Below, in pieces: positions 1 through 15,292 of a DNA stretch of 64,000 nt. The first letter of the stretch is position 1. Each line of letters starts with the position of its first letter. The notes below the pieces were generated by a model. The model saw only the letters and a program-made list of their open reading frames with translations, was not told the DNA's origin and did no database searches. This DNA is from a plasmid. The position numbers were made by a program, and so were the translations under genes. Location of the stretch: sequence record NZ_CP106961.1. One strand, 5' to 3'.

Positions 1-1708
1 GGGGTGGATTGCGCTCAAGAACCGTAATCTCAACATGAACGCCCTCATGTCGATTGCGGTCACGGGTGCCATGTTGATCGGCCACTGGCCCGAAGCGGCA
101 ATGGTGATGGTACTGTTCGCGCTGGCCGAGGTAATCGAAGCCAAATCGCTGGATCGCGCTCGTAACGCTATCCGTGGCCTGCTCGACCTGACCCCGGAAC
201 AGGCCACGGTACAGCAGGCTGACGGCACATGGCGCGAGGTGGGCGCCAAGCAAATCACCATCGGCGCCCGCGTCCGGGTCAAACCAGGTGAGCGCATCGC
301 CCTTGATGGTGAGGTGCTGGAAGGCCGCTCTGCCGTCAACCAAGCCCCGATCACGGGTGAAAGCCTCCCGGTCGAAAAATCCCCCGGTGATTCGGTGTTC
401 GCTGGCACGATCAACGAATCCGGCTCGTTCGAGTACCGCGTCACCGCCTTGGCCAACAACTCCACTTTGGCCCGGATCATTCACGCGGTAGAGGCTGCGC
501 AAGGTAGTCGTGCGCCGACTCAGCGTTTTGTCGATCAGTTCGCCCGCTGGTACACCCCCGTTGTATTCGGCGTTGCCATCGCCGTCGCGTTGTTGCCGCC
601 GCTGTTCATGGGTGCGGCATGGCTCGACTGGATCTACCGTGCATTGGTTCTGCTGGTGGTCGCCTGCCCGTGCGCACTGGTGATCTCTACACCGGTCAGC
701 ATCGTCAGCGGCCTGGCCGCCGCCGCCCGCCACGGCATTCTCATCAAAGGTGGCGTCTATCTGGAAGAAGGCCGCAAGCTGCGCTGGCTGGCTCTGGACA
801 AGACCGGCACGATCACGCACGGCAAGCCCGCACAGACCGACTTTGTCACATGGGGCAATGCACTCGCCTCGGACAGCCGCAGCATCGCTGCCAGTCTGGC
901 GGCCCGCTCGGACCATCCTGTATCCAAGGCGGTGGCACAGGCCGCGCAGACGGACGGGGTTGCCTTGCTCGACGTGGCCGAATTCAACGCGCTGCCCGGT
1001 CGGGGTGTGCAAGGCCAAATCAACGGTGCGACCTACCATCTGGGCAACCACCGGATGCTCGAAGAGCTGGGGCAGTGCACACCAGAGCTGGAGCAGCGCA
1101 TCGCTGCGCTGGAAACCGCTGGCAAGACCGTCGTGATGTTGGTAGGCGCAAAGGCGGTACATGCCTTATTCGCCGTAGCGGACACCATCAAGGACAGCAG
1201 CAGGACCGCCATCGCCGAGCTGCACGCACTGGGCATCAACACCATGATGCTGACCGGCGACAACCCCCATACGGCACAGGCCATTGCCGCACAAGCCGGA
1301 ATCGACCGTGCGCAAGGCAACCTACTCCCAGATGACAAATTGCGCGAAGTGGAGCAACTGGCCCGAAGCGGCAAGGTTGGCATGGTCGGTGATGGCATCA
1401 ACGATGCCCCGGCCTTGGCGCGTGCGGACATCGGCTTTGCAATGGGAGCGGCTGGCACAGATACCGCAATCGAGACCGCCGACGTGGCCCTGATGGACGA
1501 CAACCTGCGCAAGATTCCGACCTTCGTGCGCCTGTCGCGTGCGACGGCGCAGGTGCTGATGCAAAACATTGTGCTGGCCCTTGGCATCAAGGCAGTATTT
1601 CTGGTGCTGACCTTCACGGGTCAAGCGACCATGTGGATGGCGGTGTTTGCTGATATGGGGGCCAGCTTGCTCGTCGTTGGCAATGGCTTGAGGCTGTTGC
1701 GCAAATGA
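1..1708 (+). CDS. cadA: Heavy-metal translocating P1B-type ATPase (Cd/Zn/Pb type), 5'-partial at window edge
   Basis: The translation carries a CPC motif (VVACPCALVISTP), the DKTGTIT phosphorylation site and the GDGINDAPAL hinge. The frame is open from position 2, so the gene continues upstream of the window. The segment is GC-rich. Confidence 0.85.
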   Translation, partial: GWIALKNRNLNMNALMSIAVTGAMLIGHWPEAAMVMVLFALAEVIEAKSLDRARNAIRGLLDLTPEQATVQQADGTWREVGAKQITIGARVRVKPGERIALDGEVLEGRSAVNQAPITGESLPVEKSPGDSVFAGTINESGSFEYRVTALANNSTLARIIHAVEAAQGSRAPTQRFVDQFARWYTPVVFGVAIAVALLPPLFMGAAWLDWIYRALVLLVVACPCALVISTPVSIVSGLAAAARHGILIKGGVYLEEGRKLRWLALDKTGTITHGKPAQTDFVTWGNALASDSRSIAASLAARSDHPVSKAVAQAAQTDGVALLDVAEFNALPGRGVQGQINGATYHLGNHRMLEELGQCTPELEQRIAALETAGKTVVMLVGAKAVHALFAVADTIKDSSRTAIAELHALGINTMMLTGDNPHTAQAIAAQAGIDRAQGNLLPDDKLREVEQLARSGKVGMVGDGINDAPALARADIGFAMGAAGTDTAIETADVALMDDNLRKIPTFVRLSRATAQVLMQNIVLALGIKAVFLVLTFTGQATMWMAVFADMGASLLVVGNGLRLLRK

Positions 1709-1909
1709 GCTGGAAATTCTTTCTCTACGACTGGGGTGGTCTGAACATCGCGTTGTTCCAAGCCATCAACATGAGCACACCTGCAGCGCTGGAACCGCTG
1801 GCATCGTTCTTCAACCTTGTGATAGGCAACTACTGGACTGCACCACTGATGCTCTTGGCGATGTGGGGATGGTCAAAGTCGGCACCTGACCCAACGCGGG
1901 CCGATGCCA
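1705..1909 (+). CDS. Hypothetical membrane protein, 3'-truncated by IS26
   Basis: The ORF overlaps the cadA stop (atgA) and begins with a hydrophobic stretch, MSWKFFLYDWGGLNIALFQAIN... The native sequence ends at the IS26 left inverted repeat at position 1910, so the 3' part is missing. Confidence 0.3.
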
Positions 1910-2845
<936 letters not shown>

Positions 2846-2862
2846 GGAAAAGGAGGTGTTCA

Positions 2863-3228
2863 ATGAGCGCCTACACAGTGTCCCGGCTGGCCCTTGATGC
2901 CGGGGTGAGCGTGCATATCGTGCGCGACTACCTGCTGCGCGGATTGCTACGGCCGGTCGCGTACACCACGGGCGGCTACGGCTTGTTCGATGACACCGCG
3001 TTGCAACGGCTGCGCTTTGTACGGGCTGCCTTCGAAGCGGGTATCGGCCTGGACGCACTGGCGCGGCTGTGCCGGGCGCTGGATGCTGCGGACGGTGACG
3101 GTGCGTCTGCGCAGCTTGCCGTGTTGCGGCAACTCGTCGAGCGTCGGCGCGAGGCCCTGGCCAGCCTCGAAATGCAACTGGCCGCCATGCCAACCGAACC
3201 GGCACAGCACGCGGAGAGTCTGCCATGA
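2863..3228 (+). CDS. merD: MerD co-regulator (MerR family)
   Basis: The product [44 protein letters not shown]... matches the Tn21/Tn501 MerD signature. An AGGAGG ribosome-binding site lies 7 nt upstream. Confidence 0.9.
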
Positions 3229-3461
3229 ACAGCCCAGAGCACTTGCCGTCTGAGACGCACAAACCGATCACCGGCTACTTGTGGGGCGCGCTGGCCGTGC
3301 TCACCTGTCCCTGCCATTTGCCGATTCTCGCCATTGTGCTAGCCGGCACGACGGCCGGCGCGTTCATCGGGGAGCACTGGGGTATTGCAGCCCTCACGCT
3401 GACCGGCTTGTTTGTCCTGTCTGTGACGCGGCTGCTGCGGGCCTTCAAGGGAAGATCATGA
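3225..3461 (+). CDS. merE: MerE mercury transporter
   Basis: The 78-aa product has two transmembrane segments and a CPC motif ([11 protein letters not shown]). It overlaps the merD stop by 4 nt. Confidence 0.9.
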
Positions 3462-3526
3462 CCGCTTCCCAGCCAGCCGAGAGTGGGCAGCTTTGAGCTT
3501 CGCTACCAATCTGGAGGAGTACCACC

Positions 3527-3739
3527 ATGAACGCAAACGCCCCGAACACTGCCAGTTGCACCACCTGCTGCGTATGCTGCAAAGAAATTCCGCTCGATGC
3601 CGCCTTCACCCCGGAAGGCGCGGAATACGTCGAACATTTCTGCGGGCTGGATTGCTATGAACGCTTCCAGGCACGCGCCAAGGCCGCGACAGAATCTGAC
3701 ATTGCGCCTGTCCCTGGCGGTTCGCAGCCGTCAGATTGA
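3527..3739 (+). CDS. Small Cys-rich protein (urf2-like ORF downstream of merE)
   Basis: The 70-aa product carries a CTTCCVCC cluster and an [10 protein letters not shown] motif. A GGAGG ribosome-binding site precedes it, and it sits between merE and res/tnpR as in Tn21-family mer transposons. Confidence 0.5.
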   Translation: MNANAPNTASCTTCCVCCKEIPLDAAFTPEGAEYVEHFCGLDCYERFQARAKAATESDIAPVPGGSQPSD

Positions 3740-3868
3740 GGCATACCCTAACCTGATGTCAGATGCTTGGCGCAAAGCACGTCAGAATAGAGTTGTAGTT
3801 TGTATTTATTGACACAAGCCGCCAAGGGTAATGGATTTCATCCTGACACTTTTACCTTTGGAGGCACC
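3740..3868 (+). promoter_or_regulatory. Probable res (resolution) site region upstream of tnpR
   Basis: This is a positional inference. Tn21-subfamily transposons place res immediately upstream of tnpR. The stretch is an AT-richer non-coding interval between urf2 and tnpR. Confidence 0.4.
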
Positions 3869-4426
3869 TTGCAAGGTCAACGCATTGGCTATATCCGCGT
3901 CAGCAGCTTCGACCAGAACCCTGATCGGCAACTGGAGCAAATCGAAGTCGGTAAGGTATTCACCGATAAGGCTTCCGGCAAGGACACGCAACGTCCCGAA
4001 CTTGAAAGGCTGCTGGCCTTTGTGCGCGAGGGCGACACCGTGGTGGTGCACAGCATGGACAGGTTGGCACGCAATCTCGATGACCTGCGCCGCATCGTTC
4101 AGGGGCTGACACAACGGGGCGTGCGGATGGAGTTTGTCAAAGAAGGGCTGGCGTTCACCGGCGATGACTCACCGATGGCCAATTTGATGCTGTCGGTCAT
4201 GGGGGCTTTTGCGGAGTTCGAGCGCGCACTGATCCGCGAACGCCAGCGCGAGGGAATCGTGCTGGCCAAGCAGCGCGGTGCCTACCGGGGACGAAAGAAA
4301 TCGCTGAACAGCGAACAAATTGCCAAGTTGAAACAGCGAGTCGCGGCAGGCGATCAAAAAACCTTGGTGGCCCGTGACTTCGGCATCAGTCGCGAAACCT
4401 TGTACCAGTACCTGCGGGAAGACTGA
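3869..4426 (+). CDS. tnpR: Serine resolvase TnpR (Tn21/Tn501 subfamily), probable TTG start
   Basis: The sequence QGQRIGYIRVSSFDQNPDRQLE...HSMDRLARNLDDLRRIV has the resolvase catalytic-Ser region and a C-terminal helix-turn-helix. A GGAGG site lies 5 nt upstream of the TTG at 3869. The ORF-track entry 3800.. is a 5' over-extension. Confidence 0.85.
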   Translation: MQGQRIGYIRVSSFDQNPDRQLEQIEVGKVFTDKASGKDTQRPELERLLAFVREGDTVVVHSMDRLARNLDDLRRIVQGLTQRGVRMEFVKEGLAFTGDDSPMANLMLSVMGAFAEFERALIRERQREGIVLAKQRGAYRGRKKSLNSEQIAKLKQRVAAGDQKTLVARDFGISRETLYQYLRED

Positions 4427-4428
4427 TC

Positions 4429-5393
4429 ATGCCGCGCCGCTCAATCCTGTCCGCCACCGAGCGCGAAAGCCTGCTGGCACTACCAGATGCCAAAGACGAA
4501 CTGATACGGCACTACACGTTCAACGAAACCGACCTATCGGTGATCCGCCAGCGTCGCGGCGCTGCGAATCGATTGGGCTTCGCCGTGCAGCTTTGCTACT
4601 TGCGATTCCCTGGCATCTTCTTGGGCATCGATGAGCCTCCGTTTCCGCCCCTGTTGCGCATGGTGGCCGCACAACTCAAGGTGCCGGTGGAAAGTTGGAA
4701 CGATTACGGCCAGCGCGAGCAGACGCGGCGGGAGCACTTGGTCGAGCTGCAAACGGTGTTCGGGTTCAAGCCCTTCACCATGAGTCACTACCGGCAGCCG
4801 TGCATACATTGACCGAGCTGGCCTTGCAGACCGATAAAGGGATTGTGCTGGCCAGCACCCTTGTCGAAAACCTGCGGCGGCAGAGCATCATCCTGCCCGC
4901 CATGAATGCCATCGAGCGCGCGAGCGCCGAGGCCATCACCCGTGCCAACCGGCGTATTTACGCGGCGTTGACCGATTCTTTGTTATCGCTCCACCGTCAG
5001 CGCCTGGACGAACTTCTCAAGCGCAAGGACGGCAGCAAATTGACGTGGCTGGCATGGCTGCGCCAGTCGCCCGTCAAGCCGAACTCTCGGCATATGCTTG
5101 AACACATCGAGCGCCTCAAGGCTTGGCAGGCGCTTGACCTTCCCGCAGGCATCGAGCGACAAGTTCACCAGAACCGCCTGCTCAAGATCGCCCGTGAGGG
5201 TGGGCAGATGACGCCTGCCGATCTGGCAAAGTTCGAGATGCAACGACGCTATGCCACTCTGGTTTCGCTGGCCATTGAAGGTATGGCCACCGTCACCGAC
5301 GAAATCATCGACCTGCACGACCGCATCATTGGCAAACTATTCAACGCCGCCAAGAACAAGCATCAGCAGCAGTTTCAGGCTTCCGGCAAAGCC
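4429..5393 (+). pseudogene. tnpA: Tn21-family transposase tnpA, N-terminal third (frameshifted near 4795)
   Basis: The product MPRRSILSATERESLLALPD...FQASGKA is split across two frames. A 1-nt loss at the QAVQ position (caggcc becomes cagcc) causes the frameshift. Homology to TnpA stops exactly at 5393. Confidence 0.8.
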
Positions 5394-6698
5394 CGCTGTG
5401 TCGGTGTAGTGCTCCTCGATCCGCAAGTCCGACTCGTGGTACAGCAGGCCATCGAGCACATAGGTTGAATCACGCACGCCGACGTTGACTACCTTGGTGC
5501 TGAAGGGCGCGTACTGGTCGGAGATATGGGTATAAAACGTCCGGCCTGGACTGCTTCCATACTTCGGGTTGATATGCCCGGTGCTCTCCGCTTTGCTGCC
5601 GGTTCTGAAATTTTGGCCATCCGACGATGACGTGGTGCCATCGCCCCAGTTTCCGGCAAAGGATTGCCGGAACTGCGCGTTGACCAGTTCGGCCAGCGCC
5701 GTTGAGTACGTTTCATCCCGGATGTGCCAGGCTTGCAGCCACGACAGCTTGGCGTAAGTCGTGCCTGGGCAGGACTCGGCCATCTTGGTTAGCCCGAGAT
5801 TGATGCCATCAGCCAGGATCGTCGTCAGCAGCAAGGTTTTGTCCTTGGCCGTGTCGCCGGTCTTCAGATGCGTGAAATGCCGGGTGAAGCCTGTCCACTC
5901 ATCAACTTCCATCAGCAGTTCGGTAATCTTGACGTGTGGCAGCAGCATCGCCGACTGGTCGATTAGGGCTTGTGCGGTCTCCGGCACCGCCGCGTCCAGC
6001 GGCGTGATCTTCAGGCCGGACTCGGTAATGATGGCATCCGGCAGATCATTGGCCGCCGCCATGCGGTTGACGGTGGCAAGCTGCTGTTCCAGCAATGCCA
6101 GTCGGTCGTGCAAATACTGATCGCAATCGGTGGCCACTGCCAGCGACAATTCGTTGGCCAGCTTCAGAGTAGCGAACTTCTCGGCCGGCACCAGGTACTC
6201 ATCAAAGTCCTTGAACTGGCGCGAACCCTGCACCCAGACATCGCCTGATCGCAGCGCGTTCTTTAGCTCTGACAGGGCGCACAGCTCGTAGTAGCGCCGG
6301 TCAATGCCATCGTCCGTGAGCACCAGTTTCGCCCAGCGTGGCTTGATGAATGCGGTCGGCGCGTCGGCGGGCACCTTGCGGGCGTTGTCGCTGTTCATGC
6401 CGCGAAGCACCTCGATGGCATCGAGTACGCCCTTGGCGGCTGGTGCCGCCCGTAACTTAAGTACGTCCAGGAACTGCGGCGCGTAGCGGCGCAACGTGGC
6501 GTAGCTTTCACCGATGCGATGCAGAAAGTCGAAGCTCTCCGGCTGCGCGAGCTTTTGCGCCTCCGTGACGCTGGCGGCGAAGGTATCCCACGGCATTACG
6601 GCCTCGATGGCGGCGAACGGATCGCCGCCGCTCTGTTTGGCTTCCAGCAAGGCTTGGCCGATGCGGCCATACATCCGCACCTTGTCATTGATCGCCTT
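5394..6698 (-). pseudogene. tnpA: Tn21-family tnpA central segment, present in inverted orientation
   Basis: The minus-strand translation (KA)[20 protein letters not shown]...[10 protein letters not shown] is the contiguous TnpA middle, about residues 325-760. It is bounded by the forward N- and C-terminal pieces. Confidence 0.8.
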
Positions 6699-7397
6699 AC
6701 CGATCATGTCTTCGGCCTGATGCACCTACTGGGCTTCCGATTCGCGCCACGTATCCGAGACCTGGGCGACACCAAGCTATTCATCCCAAAGGGCGATGCC
6801 GCCTATGACGCGCTCAAGCCGATGATTAGCAGCGACCGGCTGAACATCAAGCAGATACGCGCCCATTGGGATGAAATCTTGCGGTTCGCCACTTCGATCA
6901 AGCAGGGTACGGTGACGGCCTCGCTGATGTTGCGCAAGCTCGGCAGCTATCCGCGTCAGAACGGACTGGCCGTTGCACTGCGCGAGCTGGGGCGCATTGA
7001 GCGCACGTTGTTCATACTGGATTGGCTGCAAAGCGTGGAGCTGCGCCGCCGCGTGCAGGCCGGACTCAACAAAGGCGAGGCGCGCAACGCGCTGGCCAGG
7101 GCGGTGTTCTTCAACCGACTGGGCGAAATCCGCGACCGCAGTTTTGAGCAACAACGCTACCGGGCCAGCGGCCTCAATCTGGTAACGGCGGCCATCGTGC
7201 TTTGGAACACGGCCTATCTGGAACGGGCAACCAATGCTTTGAACGGGCACGGCAAACCGGTAGACGAGACGCTGTTTCAATACCTGTCACCGCTGGGGTG
7301 GGAACACATCAATCTGACCGGCGATTACCTCTGGCGCAGCAGCACCAAGGTCGGCGCAGGCAAGTTCAGACCGTTGCGACCACTGCCACCGGCTTAA
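6699..7397 (+). pseudogene. tnpA: Tn21-family tnpA C-terminal segment
   Basis: The product [33 protein letters not shown]...[12 protein letters not shown] is the TnpA C-terminus. Its stop lies inside the terminal inverted repeat. Confidence 0.8.
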
Positions 7398-7430
7398 CGT
7401 GCTTTATTTTCCGTTTTCTGAGACGATCCC
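7393..7430. repeat. 38-bp terminal inverted repeat of a Tn21-subfamily transposon (tnpA end)
   Basis: The sequence CTTAACGTGCTTTATTTTCCGTTTTCTGAGACGATCCC is the reverse complement of the canonical GGGGTCGTCTCAGAAAACGGAAAATAAAGCACGCTAAG, with 2 mismatches. Confidence 0.85.
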
Positions 7431-7693
7431 TTATGAGCCTGCTGTCACCCTTTGACGTGGTGATATGGATGACGGATGGCTGGCCGCTGTATGAATCCCG
7501 CCTGAAGGGAAAGCTGCACGTAATCAGCAAGCGATATACGCAGCGAATTGAGCGGCATAACCTGAATCTGAGGCAGCACCTGGCACGGCTGGGACGGAAG
7601 TCGCTGTCGCTCTCAAAATCGGTGGAGCTGCATGACAAAGTCATCGGGCATTATCTGAACATAAAACACTATCAATAAGTTGGAGTCATTACC
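7431..7693 (+). mobile_element. IS1 3'-terminal fragment (insB' plus right inverted repeat), 263 bp
   Basis: It encodes the InsB C-terminus ...[48 protein letters not shown]...HYQ* and ends with the IS1 inverted repeat ...AAGTTGGAGTCATTACC. It abuts the Tn21-family inverted repeat directly. The ORF-track entry 7202..7678 is a chimeric read-through. Confidence 0.85.
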
Positions 7694-7833
7694 CTTTTTT
7701 CAACTTCTGATGGAAGCGAGTGATTGAACTCATACATTAATGTTTTCCCACGAAGTCTTTTTTCAGGTAAGCCTTCGCACATATCGGTAAATAGCTTGCC
7801 TGCTTTTATTTTTTCTGTCATCGACATGTTCAT
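7694..7833 (-). pseudogene. lacA: lacA 5' fragment (galactoside O-acetyltransferase), truncated by IS1
   Basis: The minus-strand translation MNMSMTEKIKAGKLFTDMCEGLPEKRLRGKTLMYEFNHS... matches the LacA N-terminus. It lies directly downstream of lacY, with a REP-like GCCGGATAAGGCGCTCGCGCC element between them. Coding stops at the IS1 end at 7693. Confidence 0.75.
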
Positions 7834-7898
7834 TTTTAACATTCCGTCCTGATAAGTTGGTCGGATAAGGCGCTCGCGCCGTATCCGACATTAATTTC

Positions 7899-9197
<1,299 letters not shown>

Positions 9198-9203
9198 TTA
9201 TTA

Positions 9204-12399
<3,196 letters not shown>

Positions 12400-13482
12400 T
12401 CACTGCCCGCTTTCAAGTCGGGAAACTTGTCGTGCCAGCTGCATTAAGGAATCTGCCAACGTGCGGGGAGAGGTGGTTTGCGTATTGGGCGGTAGGGTGG
12501 TTTTTCTTTTCACCAGTGAGACGGGCAACAGCTGATTGCTCTTCACCGCCTGGCCCTGAGAGAGTTTCAGCAAGCGGTCCACGCTAGTTTTCCCCAGCAG
12601 GCGAAAATCCTGTTTGATGGTGGTTAACGGCGGGATATAACACGAGCTGTCTTCGGTATCGTCGTATCCCACTACCGAGATATCCGCACCAACGCGCAGC
12701 CCGGACTCGGTAATAGCGCGCATTGCGCCCAGCGCCATCTGATCGTTGGCAACCAGCATCGCAGTGGGAACGATGCCCTCATTCAGCATTTGCATAGTTT
12801 GTTGAAAACCGGACATGGCACTCCAGTCGCCTTCCCGTTCCGCTATCGGATGAATTTGATTGCGTGTGAGATATTTATGCCAGTCCGCCAGACGCAGACG
12901 CGCCGAGACAGAACTTAATGGACCGGCTAACAACGCGATTTGCTGGTGACCCAATGCGATCAGATGCTCCACACCCAGTCGCGTACCGTCTTCATGGGAA
13001 AAAATAATACTGTTGATGGGAGTCTGGTCAGAGACATCAAGAAATAGGGCCGGAACATTAGCGCAGGCAGCTTCCACAGCAATGGCATCCTCGTCATCCA
13101 GCGGATAGTTAATGATCAGACCACTGACGCGTTGCGCGAGAAGGTTATGTACCGCCGCTTTACAGGCTTCGACGCTGCTTCGTTCTACCATCGACACCAC
13201 CACGCTGGCACCCAGTTGATCGGCGCGAGATTTAATCGCCGCGACAATTTGCGACGGCGCGTGCAGGGCCAGACTGGAGGTAGCAACGCCAATCAGCAAC
13301 GACTGTTTGCCCGCCAGTTGTTGTGCCACGCGGTTGGGAATGTAGTTCAGCTGCGCCATCGCCGCTTCCACCTTTTCCCGCGTTTTCGCAGAGACGTGGC
13401 TGGCCTGGTTCATCACGCGGGAAACGGTCTGATAAGAGACACCGGCATACTCTGCGACATCGTATAGCGTTACTGGTTTCAC
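12400..13482 (-). CDS. lacI: Lac repressor LacI (GTG start)
   Basis: The 360-aa product (V)KPVTLYDVAEYAGVSYQTVSRVMNQASHVSAKTREKVEAAM... is LacI-like and the GTG start matches E. coli lacI. The ORF-track entry 12400..13578 is over-extended. Confidence 0.95.
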   Translation of the reverse strand: MKPVTLYDVAEYAGVSYQTVSRVMNQASHVSAKTREKVEAAMAQLNYIPNRVAQQLAGKQSLLIGVATSSLALHAPSQIVAAIKSRADQLGASVVVSMVERSSVEACKAAVHNLLAQRVSGLIINYPLDDEDAIAVEAACANVPALFLDVSDQTPINSIIFSHEDGTRLGVEHLIALGHQQIALLAGPLSSVSARLRLADWHKYLTRNQIHPIAEREGDWSAMSGFQQTMQMLNEGIVPTAMLVANDQMALGAMRAITESGLRVGADISVVGYDDTEDSSCYIPPLTTIKQDFRLLGKTSVDRLLKLSQGQAVKSNQLLPVSLVKRKTTLPPNTQTTSPRTLADSLMQLARQVSRLESGQ

Positions 13483-13978
13483 ATTTACCACCCTGAATTG
13501 ACTCTCTTCGGGTGCTATCATGCCATACCACGAAATGTTTTGCGCCATTCGGAGGGGGCACGCCGAAGTGAGATTCAAAATGCCGACGTCAGTTTACAGG
13601 TGGGTAATGATACCAACGTGTTGATTTCGTATTTTCACTGACACCAGGATCATCCTGATGTTACAAGGATTGAATGACCACTACAAAAGCACTTCGCCGG
13701 GCTCATGAGGACATGGAAAATAAAAATGTGAACGGGAAAATTGTTTTTTCAGGGTTCTGATGAACAGGCCTGTCAGAGTAAAAAAAGATTCGGGTTCAGC
13801 ACAATGCTGAATTCTGTCTGGCTATAGAGTAAGAATCGTACCGGAATTGAGCATTTACCCTCAGTACCTGCGGATGAAAAAGCAGTCTGCCCTGACATAC
13901 TGAACAATCCCTTCTCATAAGATGCCTCTCTTTTGCTGTTTAAAGAGCTGAGCAGTCCGGGCGGAGACTGACCTCGTT

Positions 13979-13998
13979 CCGCTTTCCAAGCGACCCCC
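13979..13998. repeat. Partial (about 20 bp) Tn3-family inverted-repeat terminus remnant
   Basis: The sequence CCGCTTTCCAAGCGACCCCC resembles the outer 20 bp of the complete inverted repeat 120 bp downstream, in the same orientation. Confidence 0.4.
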
Positions 13999-14080
13999 TT
14001 GTTGAAAGTGCGACAAAAGAGATAGGGCGAATGACTATACTTCGCTCATAGCTGCCCGTCATGCCAGCTCAAAAAATAGG

Positions 14081-14118
14081 CTTAACGTAGGATATTTTCC
14101 GTTTTCCAAGCGGCCCCC
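14081..14118. repeat. Orphan 38-bp Tn3-family inverted repeat (same family as the repeats at 50376 and 62305)
   Basis: CTTAACGTAGGATATTTTCCGTTTTCCAAGCGGCCCCC is the reverse complement of GGGGGCCGCTTGGAAAACGGAAAATATCCTACGTTAAG. It has 1 mismatch to the repeat at 50376-50413. The GGGG outer end sits at 14118, so the element interior points toward lacI. Confidence 0.7.
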
Positions 14119-14175
14119 TTTTACCCCCTGCACAGTGCAAACACGACCAAAGGGTTTATTGAAGGAGTTGGGATC

Positions 14176-14721
14176 GTGGCCGTTGCCCGGACGGAGGCCG
14201 AGGCCATTCGCCTAATCCTGCCCCGTCCGGAAAACCATCCCGCCGCAAAAAGAAGTCAAGAGGAGAGCCGTGGAAAGCGATCGCCACCTTCCTGGCGGCT
14301 GGCCAACCGCCAGGAAGCGCACAACCTGATGACAGAATATGACATGGACCGCCGCGGGCGTGAAAAAAGTCTGTGGGAGGAAGCACTGGAAGTTATCAAA
14401 ACCACAACCATGGCAGAACTTACCTTACGCTATATCACGCTCAACAAACCTGAGACTGATGAAACAGCCGCACCGGAAGCGATGATACCTACAGATGCAA
14501 TTCTGCGTAATATTAGCCTTCCGGAGATAGCGGCCAGGACATCGCTCAAACAACAATTATTCGAACCCAGCAGGGCTCCGCCTCAGTTAAGTGGCCGAAT
14601 CTTTCTCGTTGATAAAAAAAGGCCGCTTGCGCGGCCTTTTTTCTTTAATTATCTTATGCCTGCTTCTGCCTTGCCTTCGGTGTTATTCGGTCTGCCTGTT
14701 CTGGCGACCCGGGAAGTGTAA
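14176..14721 (+). CDS. Hypothetical protein (ORF of doubtful extent; possible start at ATG 14329)
   Basis: This is the only long ORF in the interval and I recognise no motif in it. A strong bidirectional hairpin terminator (14614-14642) lies inside the ORF 77 nt before its stop, so the true product may be shorter or the ORF spurious. Confidence 0.25.
   Translation: MAVARTEAEAIRLILPRPENHPAAKRSQEESRGKRSPPSWRLANRQEAHNLMTEYDMDRRGREKSLWEEALEVIKTTTMAELTLRYITLNKPETDETAAPEAMIPTDAILRNISLPEIAARTSLKQQLFEPSRAPPQLSGRIFLVDKKRPLARPFFFNYLMPASALPSVLFGLPVLATREV
14614..14642. terminator. Rho-independent (bidirectional) terminator hairpin
   Basis: The sequence AAAAAAAGGCCGCTTGCGCGGCCTTTTTT has a 6-bp GC stem, a 4-nt loop, and A- and T-tracts on either side. 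Confidence 0.6.
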
Positions 14722-14746
14722 TGATATCCTGCTCATCTGCGTATAA

Positions 14747-15262
14747 ATGGCGGATTTAACAATAAGAATGGCTAAAGCTCTCAATGGATTACCAACCTTT
14801 AAAGATTTGGACCTGAAAGACCTCAGGAACCTTGAAGCTGAAGAACGTCGTGATCAACCAGAAGAGATCGTCGCAGGGAGTACAGCTGAAGAAGCCCTGG
14901 CGTTCCTGGAAGCACATATGGGTTTCAGCTCGCCAGAAATGTCTGCAGTTATTAAGGCAACGCATATAGGAAACATGTGTATTGTACGCGATAAGCTTGC
15001 CCACATTGTGGAGAAGCGCGTAGACGCACGTGAACGTTACGTAAAGCTGGCACTCGACACACTTGAGCATCCCTACGAGATATGGGAAACAATGTATGAC
15101 GATGAAATGGTGCGTTATATCTTTATCGGCACATACAAGCAGAGGCAGCAAATGCTGGTAGTTGTTGCACCCTGGGATGGAAAGGTTCTCTGGAACTTTA
15201 TGCACACAGAAGCAAAGGGGCTGAACAAACACCGCAGAGGGAAGTTGCTGTATTGCAGATAA
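14747..15262 (+). CDS. Hypothetical protein, 171 aa
   Basis: The product MADLTIRMAKALNGLPTFKDLD...WDGKVLWNFMHTEAKGLNKHRRGKLLYCR matches no family I can name. The ORF is clean and is followed immediately by a hairpin at 15268-15292. Confidence 0.5.
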   Translation: MADLTIRMAKALNGLPTFKDLDLKDLRNLEAEERRDQPEEIVAGSTAEEALAFLEAHMGFSSPEMSAVIKATHIGNMCIVRDKLAHIVEKRVDARERYVKLALDTLEHPYEIWETMYDDEMVRYIFIGTYKQRQQMLVVVAPWDGKVLWNFMHTEAKGLNKHRRGKLLYCR

Positions 15263-15267
15263 CAAAA

Positions 15268-15292
15268 AGCCGCAATGATGAACACTGCGGCT
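15268..15292 (+). terminator. Putative terminator hairpin
   Basis: AGCCGCAatgatgaacacTGCGGCT forms a 7-bp stem, followed by a T-rich stretch. Confidence 0.4.

Noticed and set aside
619-1335. 238-aa Arg/Gly/Pro-rich ORF, and other alternate-frame ORFs (288-491, 750-1136, 757-1023, 1033-1617) inside the cadA region
   Set aside because: These are overlapping-frame artefacts of GC-rich coding DNA. The cadA frame carries all the P-type ATPase motifs.
7202-7678. 158-aa ORF spanning the tnpA end, the inverted repeat and IS1
   Set aside because: It is a chimeric read-through. Its C-terminal 85 aa are the IS1 InsB tail. Its N-terminus is out-of-frame tnpA and inverted-repeat sequence with no start context.
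13483-14080. Searched for CRISPR arrays, tRNA, tmRNA or integron attI/attC sites in the AT-rich gaps (13.5-14.1, 18.4-19.2, 20.1-20.5 and 62.3-63.5 kb)
   Set aside because: No regularly spaced direct repeats, cloverleaf-compatible sequences or GTTRRRY core sites were seen. Only the inverted-repeat remnants and hairpins already listed.
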